From IMG/VR virus record IMGVR_UViG_3300044837_000070, positions 1-42,905 of that record: 42,905 nt of DNA; one strand, given 5' to 3'. Positions within the stretch are counted from its first letter, which is position 1. Each line of letters opens with the position of its first letter. The position numbers and the translations under genes were made by a program. The notes beneath the pieces are model-generated. The model searched no databases, was not told where the DNA came from, and saw only the letters and a program-made list of their open reading frames with translations. Shown here in pieces: positions 30,058 to 38,795 of the stretch. The stretch is from a virus.

Positions 30058-32163
30058 TTACTGCGTTGGTACTGGTGGGGTAGCCTCTCCTGGCCCCGCT
30101 ACTGGTGCTGCGGTGGTCGAAAGTGCTATGTCAGGCGGCGGAGCCATACCAGGGACGCCTTGTGGTGGCACTCCTGAAGGCACTGGAGCTGTCGTGGGAG
30201 CTGTCGGAGTTATAGGAGCGGGCGAAGGTTGTACCATTCCCGCGTCGTCTATTAAGAGGGCTGTGAGGTTAGCAGTGTTTGTAGCTACGTGCTGGACAGC
30301 CATCAGGAATGCGGTGAGTTTCTCTTGAGCTTGGATGTCAAGCTTTTGGAATCTGTTGGAAGCCATGAATGAGTTGTAATAGTTGAGATAGTCAGCTGAA
30401 TAGTTGTCTCTCTCTTCAGGAACTTTGCCCATGATAAGGAGTTGTATATCTGCCTCAGCGTCGGTATTGATCTGATCCAATTCGATAGACTTAAGGTAAG
30501 CCTGTGGGTCAAGATTAGATTTCAGGTATCTCTCTGCTCGTATCTCAGGATCAGGAAGGCCCAGGTCTTGCATCAGCGTCAGGTAGTCAATGGCATTACC
30601 AGACTGCCACAGTTCCATTGCTGTTGAACGGATATTCTGCTTGTCTAATGGAAGAGTTGAATCGGTCTGAACACCAATTTTTACATTAGAGTCGATATTC
30701 TCACCATTCAAGAGGATAAAGGTATACTTCCCGTCTCCGCCTTTGCAAGCGAACCAATGGTCTTCTGCGTAGTAGACTCTCATCATCTGAAGCTTAATTT
30801 TGTAGTAGGTTTCAGCGGCATCTGAGATAGCTAGTACTAAATCGTCTTGCAAAGCCCCCGCTTGGTTCTTTACTAATAGATCCCGTGTCGCGGTATCTTG
30901 AGACTGTGGCTGTGCGCCCCTAAACTGAGCAGGAGTACCCATAATGTTATCAATCTCATTCCGGGCGTCGAACATCGTATTAACCGCGTAAGCGGGGAGT
31001 TCGCTTGAGCCGACGTTCACAAAGGCCTTAGAAATGTCGTCACCCTTAGCCATTAAGACCGTTCGAGCACCCTTATTAACTAGTTTTTGGGTGTCTTCTT
31101 CGTTGAAAGCGTCTTTGGAAGCAATATAACGGCCATTCACATAGTCAGCGTTCTCCATGATCTGACGGCCACGCTTGTTCAACATCTCTTGCTGGTCTCT
31201 GGCCTGTTCAAATAAGGACGTTTCATCAATATAAGACTCTCCCATGTTCATGTAATTAAACGGAACAAAAGGTTTAGGTGGCATTGAGAGTAGATTGGCC
31301 TCTTTTTCCTTCTTATCTGATCCCGTATATACCCAGTTAGGGTTGGGTTGTTTGTCTAAGATGATATCTTCATCAGGAAGAAACCAACAGACACCTTCTT
31401 TAGGCTTGCCGTTTTCTATATAAGTGAACCACGCCTCGAAGTAAGTAATAAATCGAGACATCTGTGTATAGCGTCCTTGGACAATTCCAAAAGCTTTTTT
31501 AATTTCGTCAGCCTTACCAGGGAATTTCATAATCAGTTCATCAACGGAGCAACGTAACCGGTGATAGATAACGTTAGGATTGTCTAGGTATTTAGCGTTC
31601 CTATCAATGATAATGTCTTCTGGGTTACAGACTTCTGTCACGACATCCCCATCATATCCAGCGTTGGGGTCCCATCGTAGCTTAAGGAAACCACGTTTAC
31701 GGATAATAAGGTTCATTGCCGCCGCTCTAAACTTACGATCTGCCTTCTCGTCTAGAGAGTGCTGGTAGAGGGCCATTTGCAAGTCCCTAGCGCCCTTTAT
31801 ATAGATTTCATCGCTCTTGCTAGGGGTTAATTCAGGCTTAGCCATCTGTCCTGTTGCGTAAGCTAGAATAGCCCTTACCGCTGTGAACAGGCGGTTGTCC
31901 TTATACCTAATATCGTATCGAGTATATTCGGAGTCGTTCAGCTGATCACCCAAAAAGAATGAGACATTGGCCTTATCGTTCTCTTCTAAGCTCCAGGGAG
32001 CTTGATTCCAGTGTGCTCTGTTCTCGTTTAAAGAAGTAACTAACATCTGTTTTAGTTTCTCATCAGGGAGGGTGAGGTTGAAAGTCTCGTAATCTTCGGG
32101 AGGAAGGTAGAGAGTAGAGAATCTCTCAGTATAAGCGTTTTGATCGCGTTGTCTTGGTTCCAC
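30058..32163 (-). CDS. Portal protein (701 aa)
   Basis: Large ORF immediately after TerL and a small gene. GTG start at 32163 with TGAGGA 9 nt upstream. Assignment by position and size. Confidence 0.6.
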   Translation of the reverse strand: MEPRQRDQNAYTERFSTLYLPPEDYETFNLTLPDEKLKQMLVTSLNENRAHWNQAPWSLEENDKANVSFFLGDQLNDSEYTRYDIRYKDNRLFTAVRAILAYATGQMAKPELTPSKSDEIYIKGARDLQMALYQHSLDEKADRKFRAAAMNLIIRKRGFLKLRWDPNAGYDGDVVTEVCNPEDIIIDRNAKYLDNPNVIYHRLRCSVDELIMKFPGKADEIKKAFGIVQGRYTQMSRFITYFEAWFTYIENGKPKEGVCWFLPDEDIILDKQPNPNWVYTGSDKKEKEANLLSMPPKPFVPFNYMNMGESYIDETSLFEQARDQQEMLNKRGRQIMENADYVNGRYIASKDAFNEEDTQKLVNKGARTVLMAKGDDISKAFVNVGSSELPAYAVNTMFDARNEIDNIMGTPAQFRGAQPQSQDTATRDLLVKNQAGALQDDLVLAISDAAETYYKIKLQMMRVYYAEDHWFACKGGDGKYTFILLNGENIDSNVKIGVQTDSTLPLDKQNIRSTAMELWQSGNAIDYLTLMQDLGLPDPEIRAERYLKSNLDPQAYLKSIELDQINTDAEADIQLLIMGKVPEERDNYSADYLNYYNSFMASNRFQKLDIQAQEKLTAFLMAVQHVATNTANLTALLIDDAGMVQPSPAPITPTAPTTAPVPSGVPPQGVPGMAPPPDIALSTTAAPVAGPGEATPPVPTQ

Positions 32164-32408
32164 TATTTAGTATCCTCAAAGTAATACCAGGCATTACAGT
32201 GTCCACCACGATAGCGGCCAGGACATCTGATGCCTTTGGTAGTTTTAACATACATATCAGCCATATCATCGAAGGCTAGGACAGTAGACCCAGATAATTC
32301 GCAGACCTTCATTTGGCATAAAAAACAATGGAAGTCGAAGTACTTAATACGGTCTGACTTCCTCAGCATTACCAGTATTCTATATCGAAAGTCGCTAACG
32401 TCAGCCAT
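32163..32408 (-). CDS. Small Cys/His-rich (zinc-binding?) protein between TerL and portal
   Basis: HCFLCQMKVCE ... CPGRYRGGHC. ATG 32408 follows TAAGGAGTTT. The track start at 32450 has no SD sequence. Confidence 0.55.
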   Translation of the reverse strand: MADVSDFRYRILVMLRKSDRIKYFDFHCFLCQMKVCELSGSTVLAFDDMADMYVKTTKGIRCPGRYRGGHCNAWYYFEDTK

Positions 32409-32488
32409 AAACTCCTTAGTCCTCTGGCTGCGGGCTGAGGTATTACCCATATTCTACACTACGCTTACGTTAATTGAAAGCTTTTGAC

Positions 32489-34072
32489 TCAGGGGTCGAG
32501 CTCATTTAGTGTCTCAGATATCACATTTCCGAGCGACGTATCTCCGCTGACTTCAGACTTACTACTATCCGGCTCAATAAACAGACTCTCTGATCCTAAG
32601 ACTTTAGAAAGCCCTATACGATAGTAGGCAGTGGCAAAGGAATAGTCCGAGTTCTTGCCTTCTTTCTTGAGCCATTCCGATTTGGAACGTCCGTCATCCT
32701 TCTCGACAGTCGTTCGATAAAGATTCCCCCAGTCCGCGATGTACTCTTCTAGTTCGCTCGGATGCATCCTGAAAAGTAACTTGGCCTCAGTGATTTCACT
32801 GGCTACCATATCTAATAACCTCGTTCTATCAGCATTAACAGTTTGGCCCTTCCAGTTAACAATATGCATACCCTTCTGCTCTTGAAAGTAACACAGGTAA
32901 ACGTCATTATATTTATCGGCTAGCTGCTTAGGCTTGGTTGGATAAGGATTCGGGTCGATTACTACGATAGCCTTGTACATTAACTTCAATCTTTCAATCT
33001 CTTCCCACGACTCGTACTTCCCATAGGCGAAGATTCCATCAGGTGTCCCTACAACATATATCTGGTTGTTGACATTCTGATCCACTCCGATGACTACGTT
33101 CCTCTTGGGGATATTTGAAGGCGCACAAGCCCTTAGAATAGCCACGCGGTCTACGATCATGTCTGAAGGCGTATAGGCTTTCCCGATAACGAAGTTCATA
33201 AAGAAATCAATCGAAGACTCTTCGTATTGTTCAATGATCCTTCTAGCTGTTACCCAGGGAGCCATCATCTGAGAGATCCAGTAGCCATGTCTCTTCCGGT
33301 CGGGGTACTTAGTAACCCAGTGCCCCATCCTACGAGCCTCGTCACTTATCTCTTCACTACACGCCCCACAAGCATATATTCCCTTTGCCCTATCAACATA
33401 GTGACACCTTCCGTCTGGCTCCCAGTCCATGAACCAGTCGTGCCCACAGTGATCGCATTTGACGAACCAATGTCTCATATCCGACTCGTTATATAATCCG
33501 TCTACTCCAAAACCTACTTGTGAAGGATTAGAGAACCGCCACCGCTTAGGCCGCAAGCTCGCTTGCAAACGGGAGTCGAAAGTATTCACAACAGCCATAG
33601 AAGGCATACGATCGTATTCATCTATTACAAGGATATCTCCCGTAATAGAAATAGCCTCTCTGTCTGAGAAGCCACCTTTAAAGAATAGGTTCCTATCGCC
33701 TACTCGTTTATACGTAACAGAATCATCTTTTACAATTATATTGATTGCTGGGTTAGTCGAGATCAGAGGGTTAACCTTCGGTTTTACGAAGTCATTAACC
33801 ACGTTGTTAGTAGGAAGGGCGTAGATAACATTCCAGCCCCCATACTTAGCTTCCCAGATTGAACGAAGGATAGCGAAAACGGAGAAGCCTACTTGGGCTG
33901 ACTTACGACAAACGATATCGTCAGACTCATCAGCATAGATATCAATCATAAACCTATGGGAGTCGAACTCAATAAGTGACTGGTTCTCGTTCTTGAACTT
34001 ATTAAGGGTTATCCAGGCAAGGACTGATGAGGCTATGAGGTCTTCGTTTGTTGGTGTTTTAGCTATTGACAC
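32489..34072 (-). CDS. terL: Terminase large subunit, GpA-like
   Basis: 527 aa. N-terminal ATPase-like KSAQVGFS, acidic ILVIDEYD (Walker-B-like) and FVKCDHCGHDWFMDW ... CGACSEE, the Cys cluster I recall in lambda GpA-type terminases. GTG start with GAGGT upstream. Confidence 0.75.
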   Translation of the reverse strand: MSIAKTPTNEDLIASSVLAWITLNKFKNENQSLIEFDSHRFMIDIYADESDDIVCRKSAQVGFSVFAILRSIWEAKYGGWNVIYALPTNNVVNDFVKPKVNPLISTNPAINIIVKDDSVTYKRVGDRNLFFKGGFSDREAISITGDILVIDEYDRMPSMAVVNTFDSRLQASLRPKRWRFSNPSQVGFGVDGLYNESDMRHWFVKCDHCGHDWFMDWEPDGRCHYVDRAKGIYACGACSEEISDEARRMGHWVTKYPDRKRHGYWISQMMAPWVTARRIIEQYEESSIDFFMNFVIGKAYTPSDMIVDRVAILRACAPSNIPKRNVVIGVDQNVNNQIYVVGTPDGIFAYGKYESWEEIERLKLMYKAIVVIDPNPYPTKPKQLADKYNDVYLCYFQEQKGMHIVNWKGQTVNADRTRLLDMVASEITEAKLLFRMHPSELEEYIADWGNLYRTTVEKDDGRSKSEWLKKEGKNSDYSFATAYYRIGLSKVLGSESLFIEPDSSKSEVSGDTSLGNVISETLNELDP

Positions 34073-34111
34073 ATTACCTCTATTATTTATGTTATAAAAA
34101 CTTATTTAATG

Positions 34112-34333
34112 TCAAATCTGTGAAAGTTCACCCAAGTTGTCAAGTAGTACTTTTCTAAAATTAGGAGAGAGCATGAGCCACTTGAATATCTCACTCCTTA
34201 CCCTCAAGTTCTGCGCTTTAATAACTTCTTGTGAGTATAGCTCGTCTTTCTTGTGTGGGGGGTACTCGTAGTTCGTAGCGGCTTCAATAATCTCAATGAC
34301 TGCACGTAACTCTTGGTTTTTGATAAATGGCAT
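34112..34333 (-). CDS. Hypothetical protein (73 aa)
   Basis: Track ORF between the TerS-like and TerL genes. Its start abuts the upstream stop. Confidence 0.65.
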   Translation of the reverse strand: MPFIKNQELRAVIEIIEAATNYEYPPHKKDELYSQEVIKAQNLRVRSEIFKWLMLSPNFRKVLLDNLGELSQI

Positions 34334-34699
34334 TTACTTCTCCTTATTCTTCAAGTACTCTGCGAATCCACTTGCCAATTCAGGATCAGCCACGCCAGTT
34401 ACAATTTCCCCCGAGTGTTCTAGTTCAAACTTCTGCCCATAGCCGTATTTAGCTAACCATTCAGCCCACTTAGTATCACCAGCGGAAGCGTGCCTCACTG
34501 CAACGGTGATAATAGCTTTAATAGGGACACCTTCAAACTTCTTAAAGCCCTCTATCCTATCTTCCAGTAGCAGTTCAAAGTCTGGGTCATTGAGCATGTT
34601 CTGAATATGGGTAGAGAGGTGAATAGTACCAGGCTTCTTCCCTTCTGGATTACCGCTCTGTCCTGGTTGAAACTGTGTGTCTGGATTTGGAAAAGGCAT
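34334..34699 (-). CDS. Terminase small-subunit-like protein
   Basis: The N-terminal FQPGQSGNPEGKKPG motif is typical of small phage proteins encoded next to terminases (SGNP.GRPKG type). Position upstream of TerL. Confidence 0.45.
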   Translation of the reverse strand: MPFPNPDTQFQPGQSGNPEGKKPGTIHLSTHIQNMLNDPDFELLLEDRIEGFKKFEGVPIKAIITVAVRHASAGDTKWAEWLAKYGYGQKFELEHSGEIVTGVADPELASGFAEYLKNKEK

Positions 34700-34732
34700 A
34701 CCTGCAAAGTACCTGCATTATTTAGTAATTAA

Positions 34733-34761
34733 AGTATACCATTAGCTCTATTGTTTATCTA
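34733..34761 (-). promoter_or_regulatory. Candidate promoter TAGATA-17-TATACT at the early/late boundary
   Basis: In the only sizeable gap (34700-34801) before the packaging genes. GCTAATGG lies just upstream of the -10. Confidence 0.4.
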
Positions 34762-34801
34762 GTCCTGGGCCCTGGCACTTGGCCGTTAGATTTTAACTCT
34801 G

Positions 34802-35017
34802 TTAAGGCTCGAAAATTCGGGTCGTAGAATTGTCGTAGAATTCGTTAGGCTCCATCTGCTGCATTGCTGGTTCTTCGTATTTAACCATAGCCTGCTCACC
34901 GACGTATTTTCCGTCCCTATACGTAAAGTTGGTCGGGGCATTCCAAGGCTGCCAACCATTGACGATGTAGTTCGGAACATCTATTGTGTAGACAACTGTA
35001 TACTCTACTATCTTCAC
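34802..35017 (-). CDS. Early hypothetical protein (71 aa)
   Basis: GTG start overlapping the upstream stop (GTGA). Preferred over the alternative-frame ORF 34786-34980. Confidence 0.6.
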   Translation of the reverse strand: MKIVEYTVVYTIDVPNYIVNGWQPWNAPTNFTYRDGKYVGEQAMVKYEEPAMQQMEPNEFYDNSTTRIFEP

Positions 35018-35250
35018 TTCTTCTCCTTTGGTTCATAATAATTCCTGAAAGCGTTCCATAAGAATATACCCGTATCCTCACTAATGCGGAAGCCTTCTTC
35101 TGTAAGCTTAGTCACATCTTTAAGACTACGAGCTGTTCTTGTGTCATAAACAGGATTAGAGAATAAACCTCCAGATGATATAAGCGTCTTCATCTCTAAG
35201 CCTCGGTCTGATATGTGCTGCTCCATGGCAGCTTTCATTGGGTTATTCAT
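35014..35250 (-). CDS. Early hypothetical protein (78 aa)
   Basis: Track ORF, coupled on both sides. Confidence 0.7.
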   Translation of the reverse strand: MNNPMKAAMEQHISDRGLEMKTLISSGGLFSNPVYDTRTARSLKDVTKLTEEGFRISEDTGIFLWNAFRNYYEPKEKK

Positions 35251-35371
35251 TTGGCCACTCAGTATCTACCGTTAAGGTCATAAATTTATGGTTAATATGA
35301 ACTAACCCTGATTTTCCAATACCCCATGTTAAGAAGTATTTTGCGAAAGAGTTAATATCCTTCTTTCGCAT
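35243..35371 (-). CDS. Small early ORF (42 aa)
   Basis: Hand translation MRKKDINSFAKYFLTWGIGKSGLVHINHKFMTLTVDTEWPNE. Its stop overlaps the next start (ATGAATAA). Confidence 0.45.
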   Translation of the reverse strand: MRKKDINSFAKYFLTWGIGKSGLVHINHKFMTLTVDTEWPNE

Positions 35372-35390
35372 GTCTTTCTGCCACGATATT

Positions 35391-35723
35391 CTAAAGCTCA
35401 TCTTTATCTCCTTTTATGTTAGTTAGCTCCCCTGCATCATGTAATGCGAGAGTGAGCTTTAGGAGCGCCTTTGATGGGGTGTCAGCAAAGCCAGTTAACC
35501 CTTCAATATCCTCGTCGTTTCCCATAGTCTTATAAGATGCAACCCAATTGCCACCTATCCCGCCCGTATGTAGTAAGTTACGGTATGTCGCATCTTGCAG
35601 TGTTTCGTGCCACCAGCTGCGGGGCAATTTCTCTAGCAGGTATGAGGTCAAGTCCATTACCGCTAAATCCCAACCAGTAACCTTAGTGGCTTCGGCTTTT
35701 AGGTCTTCCAACTCTTTATCCAT
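35391..35723 (-). CDS. Early hypothetical protein (110 aa)
   Basis: ATG 35723 overlaps the upstream stop (TAATG) and follows GGGAGAAG. The track start at 35735 is the alternative. Confidence 0.7.
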   Translation of the reverse strand: MDKELEDLKAEATKVTGWDLAVMDLTSYLLEKLPRSWWHETLQDATYRNLLHTGGIGGNWVASYKTMGNDEDIEGLTGFADTPSKALLKLTLALHDAGELTNIKGDKDEL

Positions 35724-35998
35724 TACTTCTCCCATAATGTTTTACGTTGATCTTTACGCACAGAGTTACGCCACTGGTGCAGCTCCGACTTGGTTTTAAT
35801 ACCGCCAGTGTTATATACCTCCTTGTCGTCTTCTCCGATAATATACTGATCTATCGCTTGCTTGATAACTTCGACCTCTGCTTCTGGCTTATACTCAACC
35901 TCCGTGGTGTAACGAACTTCGCCCACTGCAAGTCCTATGGAAAAAGCATTATCAAGGGCACGTCTTATCTCTTTATCAAACTCTGTAGGGGTACTCAT
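35723..35998 (-). CDS. Early hypothetical protein (91 aa)
   Basis: Track ORF with RBS GAGGAGGAG upstream. Confidence 0.7.
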   Translation of the reverse strand: MSTPTEFDKEIRRALDNAFSIGLAVGEVRYTTEVEYKPEAEVEVIKQAIDQYIIGEDDKEVYNTGGIKTKSELHQWRNSVRKDQRKTLWEK

Positions 35999-36141
35999 GA
36001 CTCCTCCTCTGTGGTGTAGGGTTTAACATAGCGAGGTATTGTGTTCTTGTAATGAATTGTTCGACTATTTGAGTATACGGTTACCCCAATAGGCCCTAGT
36101 CTATCTCGCATCTCCTCGTACGCACGTTCTAAAGCGCTCAT
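35995..36141 (-). CDS. Small early ORF (48 aa)
   Basis: Hand translation MSALERAYEEMRDRLGPIGVTVYSNSRTIHYKNTIPRYVKPYTTEEES. ATGA overlaps at both ends. Confidence 0.5.
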   Translation of the reverse strand: MSALERAYEEMRDRLGPIGVTVYSNSRTIHYKNTIPRYVKPYTTEEES

Positions 36142-36572
36142 GCTTCCTCCTTAAATGTCTTACTCTGTAACAGCTCAGGGTCTTCGTATATGTTACTGAC
36201 GACCTCAAGTTGTGATGATGGGTGTAGTCCACGCAAAGGTGCTGATTCTTTCCCTAGCGAGTGATCTTTCAGACCAAAAGCTGCATAAAGCTTATTCCAC
36301 TTAACTTCAAATATTCGTCCATTATTACCTCTCAGTAAGTCTCCTTCATAAATCTCTCTTCCGTTCTTATCGAGGAGTCCTGTGAACTGCTGAATAGGCG
36401 CGAGACAACCACAACCGATCATATTCTCAGGTAGTTTATCCTTAGCATAGTCGTAGCCGTTCTTCGGATAGTGATGATGTACGACCTGACCACTCCCCTC
36501 AAGTGTTACCTCCGTTGACCAACACCAACGCTTTTGGTTCTGCTCCCAAACCCTGAATTTAATAGTTCTCAT
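36138..36572 (-). CDS. YopX-family protein
   Basis: MRTIKFRVWEQ ... QFTGLLDKNGREIYEGDLL ... FEVKW match the YopX pattern (IKFRAW ... QYTGLKDKNGKEIYEGD). ATG 36572 follows GGAG. The track TTG start is at 36584. Confidence 0.75.
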   Translation of the reverse strand: MRTIKFRVWEQNQKRWCWSTEVTLEGSGQVVHHHYPKNGYDYAKDKLPENMIGCGCLAPIQQFTGLLDKNGREIYEGDLLRGNNGRIFEVKWNKLYAAFGLKDHSLGKESAPLRGLHPSSQLEVVSNIYEDPELLQSKTFKEEA

Positions 36573-36629
36573 TTCCCACTCCAAACTACCTTACGTACAG
36601 TAATAAACCTTACCTTATATCGTTCGAGG

Positions 36630-36890
36630 CTATTTGCTTTCACGTTTCGCCTTGTATGCTTCCCGCCCTTTGGCTTGAATTTCTCTCGCTAAGCTAGGAT
36701 CTATTGCTCCAAACCCTCTAGGAGTTTCGGTAAACCTTTTAGGGATATTACCCAGCTTTGAAAAGTGTTCGGGATCTTCCGCCTTCTGGCGTGCTGCCCT
36801 GGCTTTAGCACTCTGGCTGCGTTTACTCTTATAGAAGGTGACGTCTATAACGTCCTTCCGGCTTGCTTCGTGTGCTTGTTGTTTATTCAT
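36630..36890 (-). CDS. Small basic protein with a KGG/stress-protein-like motif
   Basis: PRGFGAIDPSLAREIQAKGREA resembles the RGFA.MDPE..REIASKGG repeat of small general-stress proteins. Weak recollection. Confidence 0.3.
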   Translation of the reverse strand: MNKQQAHEASRKDVIDVTFYKSKRSQSAKARAARQKAEDPEHFSKLGNIPKRFTETPRGFGAIDPSLAREIQAKGREAYKAKRESK

Positions 36891-37687
36891 TGTATCCTCT
36901 CTGGGCGTTCAACGCCTCTCGTCATACTCTGTATGTCTGCCTCAGTAAGTTGGTACATTCGAGCCACATCGTCGTCTGTAAATCCATCTCCATATAGCCT
37001 CATCATCCTTCCCTTAGTGAACCAGCCTAGACTCAGCCTGTCATTCGGAAGATTGATGTAAGCAAACTCTCCGAAGAGAAGGCGTGCGTAACCGTCATAG
37101 GCTAAAGCTGCGTCTCTCTCGTTATTGAACGTACCCATTCTGTACGTTCTCCCATCCATTTTGATACTCGCTTTCCAGCGATTCACCCCTGCTATCTTGA
37201 CAACACCTTTGTGAGCAGAGCTGACACCCTTCTTACTCCCTTGGTTTATGTTGTTGTGTTGACGAGTTACGAACCTAAGATTCCCCATTCTATTATCGAG
37301 GGAGTTCCTATTAACATGGTCAACGACTTCACCGTTCTGTGGCTTACCCATGATAATATGGTGTAAGTAGAAACCCTGTTGAAGTCTCATCGTTATAGCA
37401 TAGCCATGACCGTCATCCGACCACTTGTATCTATCGAGCCATGCGTTCTCTTCGTCCACAATAGCATAGCCGCCCTTTGCATTTAACCCCAGAGGCAACA
37501 ACGCATAACCAATACCTTTAACGACTATAGCGGGTCTTTTGTCTCCTGTAAGCACAGTGGCCGCATCACCATATTTCTTGAATCTATAATAGTGGTTTGG
37601 ACAATAGCCCTTGGCCAAGTATGACTTGTCACGACCAATGAACGGGTTATACGCACATCCTTCTACCAGACAAACAGGGTCAGTCAT
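36887..37687 (-). CDS. HNH homing endonuclease with a C-terminal AP2-type DNA-binding domain
   Basis: LHHIIMG...VDHVNRNSLDNRMGNLRFVTRQHNNIN is an HNH_3-type core. KGV..IAGVNRWKASIKMDGRTYRMGTFNNERDAALAYDGYARLLFGEFAYIN is AP2-like. Confidence 0.8.
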   Translation of the reverse strand: MTDPVCLVEGCAYNPFIGRDKSYLAKGYCPNHYYRFKKYGDAATVLTGDKRPAIVVKGIGYALLPLGLNAKGGYAIVDEENAWLDRYKWSDDGHGYAITMRLQQGFYLHHIIMGKPQNGEVVDHVNRNSLDNRMGNLRFVTRQHNNINQGSKKGVSSAHKGVVKIAGVNRWKASIKMDGRTYRMGTFNNERDAALAYDGYARLLFGEFAYINLPNDRLSLGWFTKGRMMRLYGDGFTDDDVARMYQLTEADIQSMTRGVERPERIQ

Positions 37688-38045
37688 CTTGCACCATCAC
37701 TGGCTGACCGTATGCCATTTCTATATGGTAACTATGCTTCACTATCGAAGCTTTTACCTGTTCGTGGTCTGAGTGGATGTTAACTTCCTTCCTGAAAGCC
37801 TCTGTACGGGACTTTAAGGCTTCAGGTGAGTATTCTATCAGGTTCATGTTGAACAGCTCCCTGCGGCGTCTTTCTATGGTCGCTGGGCGTGTCATATGAG
37901 ATAAGTTCCAGTACAGACTCTTAGTATCGTCCCAGCCGTCCACTTCGACCCAGTATCGCTCTAATAGGAGGGCGTCGTCGTTAGCGGCCTCTGGTGTGCG
38001 CTGGATAACCTCATGTACTAGTTGTTGCTTCTTATTGAGATTCAT
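37680..38045 (-). CDS. Conserved early phage protein (121 aa)
   Basis: Track ORF. RTPEAANDDALLLERYW ... PATIERRRRELF resembles a common small phage protein family. No function known to me. Confidence 0.7.
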   Translation of the reverse strand: MNLNKKQQLVHEVIQRTPEAANDDALLLERYWVEVDGWDDTKSLYWNLSHMTRPATIERRRRELFNMNLIEYSPEALKSRTEAFRKEVNIHSDHEQVKASIVKHSYHIEMAYGQPVMVQDD

Positions 38046-38104
38046 TAGTTTTCAAATCCCCACCAAATCAGAAGCGCACCGATCCCGAGCGATTTCAGCA
38101 CCCA

Positions 38105-38338
38105 TTAGTAACTTCTTTCATCTTTCACAACAGCATCGTTATAGGCGTCGTCCTTACTCTCTTCGGCTTCAATAACGAGCTTCTGAAAGGCCTCGTCTAG
38201 AATGTATGACTCACTAGCCACATCGTCGAATGAAATCTGGCTAGAAGCCTGTAGTAAGACCTCCCCATCCTCGTTGATAGCCGTGAGAGTGAATTTAACT
38301 CCGTTTCGTTCTATATACTGTTCAGTTGCTTCTTGCAT
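38105..38338 (-). CDS. Small acidic early protein (77 aa)
   Basis: First gene behind the early promoter at 38363-38391, with RBS AAACGAAGGG. Asp/Glu-rich. Confidence 0.75.
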   Translation of the reverse strand: MQEATEQYIERNGVKFTLTAINEDGEVLLQASSQISFDDVASESYILDEAFQKLVIEAEESKDDAYNDAVVKDERSY

Positions 38339-38362
38339 AGTGTTCCCTTCGTTTATTATCTT

Positions 38363-38391
38363 AGTCTAGCATACTCAGTAAGCGAATGCAA
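38363..38391 (-). promoter_or_regulatory. Early promoter TTGCAT-17-TAGACT
   Basis: TTGCAT TCGCTTACTGAGTATGC TAGACT. The -35 and spacer are identical to the promoter at 39578-39606. Confidence 0.7.
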
Positions 38392-38392
38392 A

Positions 38393-38506
38393 CTATTCTC
38401 TTTCCAGCCACTCACGCCATAATTGTTCAAAGGTCAGGTACTTCCGACCGACACGTTTTAAACGGTACAGTCTTAAGTCTTCGTTCGCTTCTGATAACCA
38501 GTCCAT
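38393..38506 (-). CDS. Small ORF (37 aa)
   Basis: RBS GAAGGAGAACT before the ATG. MDWLSEANEDLRLYRLKRVGRKYLTFEQLWREWLERE. Its 3' end overlaps the promoter -35. Confidence 0.5.
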   Translation of the reverse strand: MDWLSEANEDLRLYRLKRVGRKYLTFEQLWREWLERE

Positions 38507-38795
38507 AGTTCTCCTTCTCATTAAGCGTATGGTGCTAGTAGCAAATGTGGACCCCCTTTTTCAGCCGCTAAGCTGTTTTGTCGGTAAAGATACTCTCACG
38601 GTAATTACTCCGCTACCATTTCTCGTTAAGGGGGTTAACCGACTGATAATAAAGGTGCTCAGTCACCAACGCCAATCAACATGGATAGATGTTTCTTACT
38701 ACCAGCACTACTACGCTTAATTGTTAAATGTACTTGGGCTAGTAGTGAACCTGGCTGTTCTTTAGTTTGGCCCGAAGACCGCACGAAGCCGCAGA

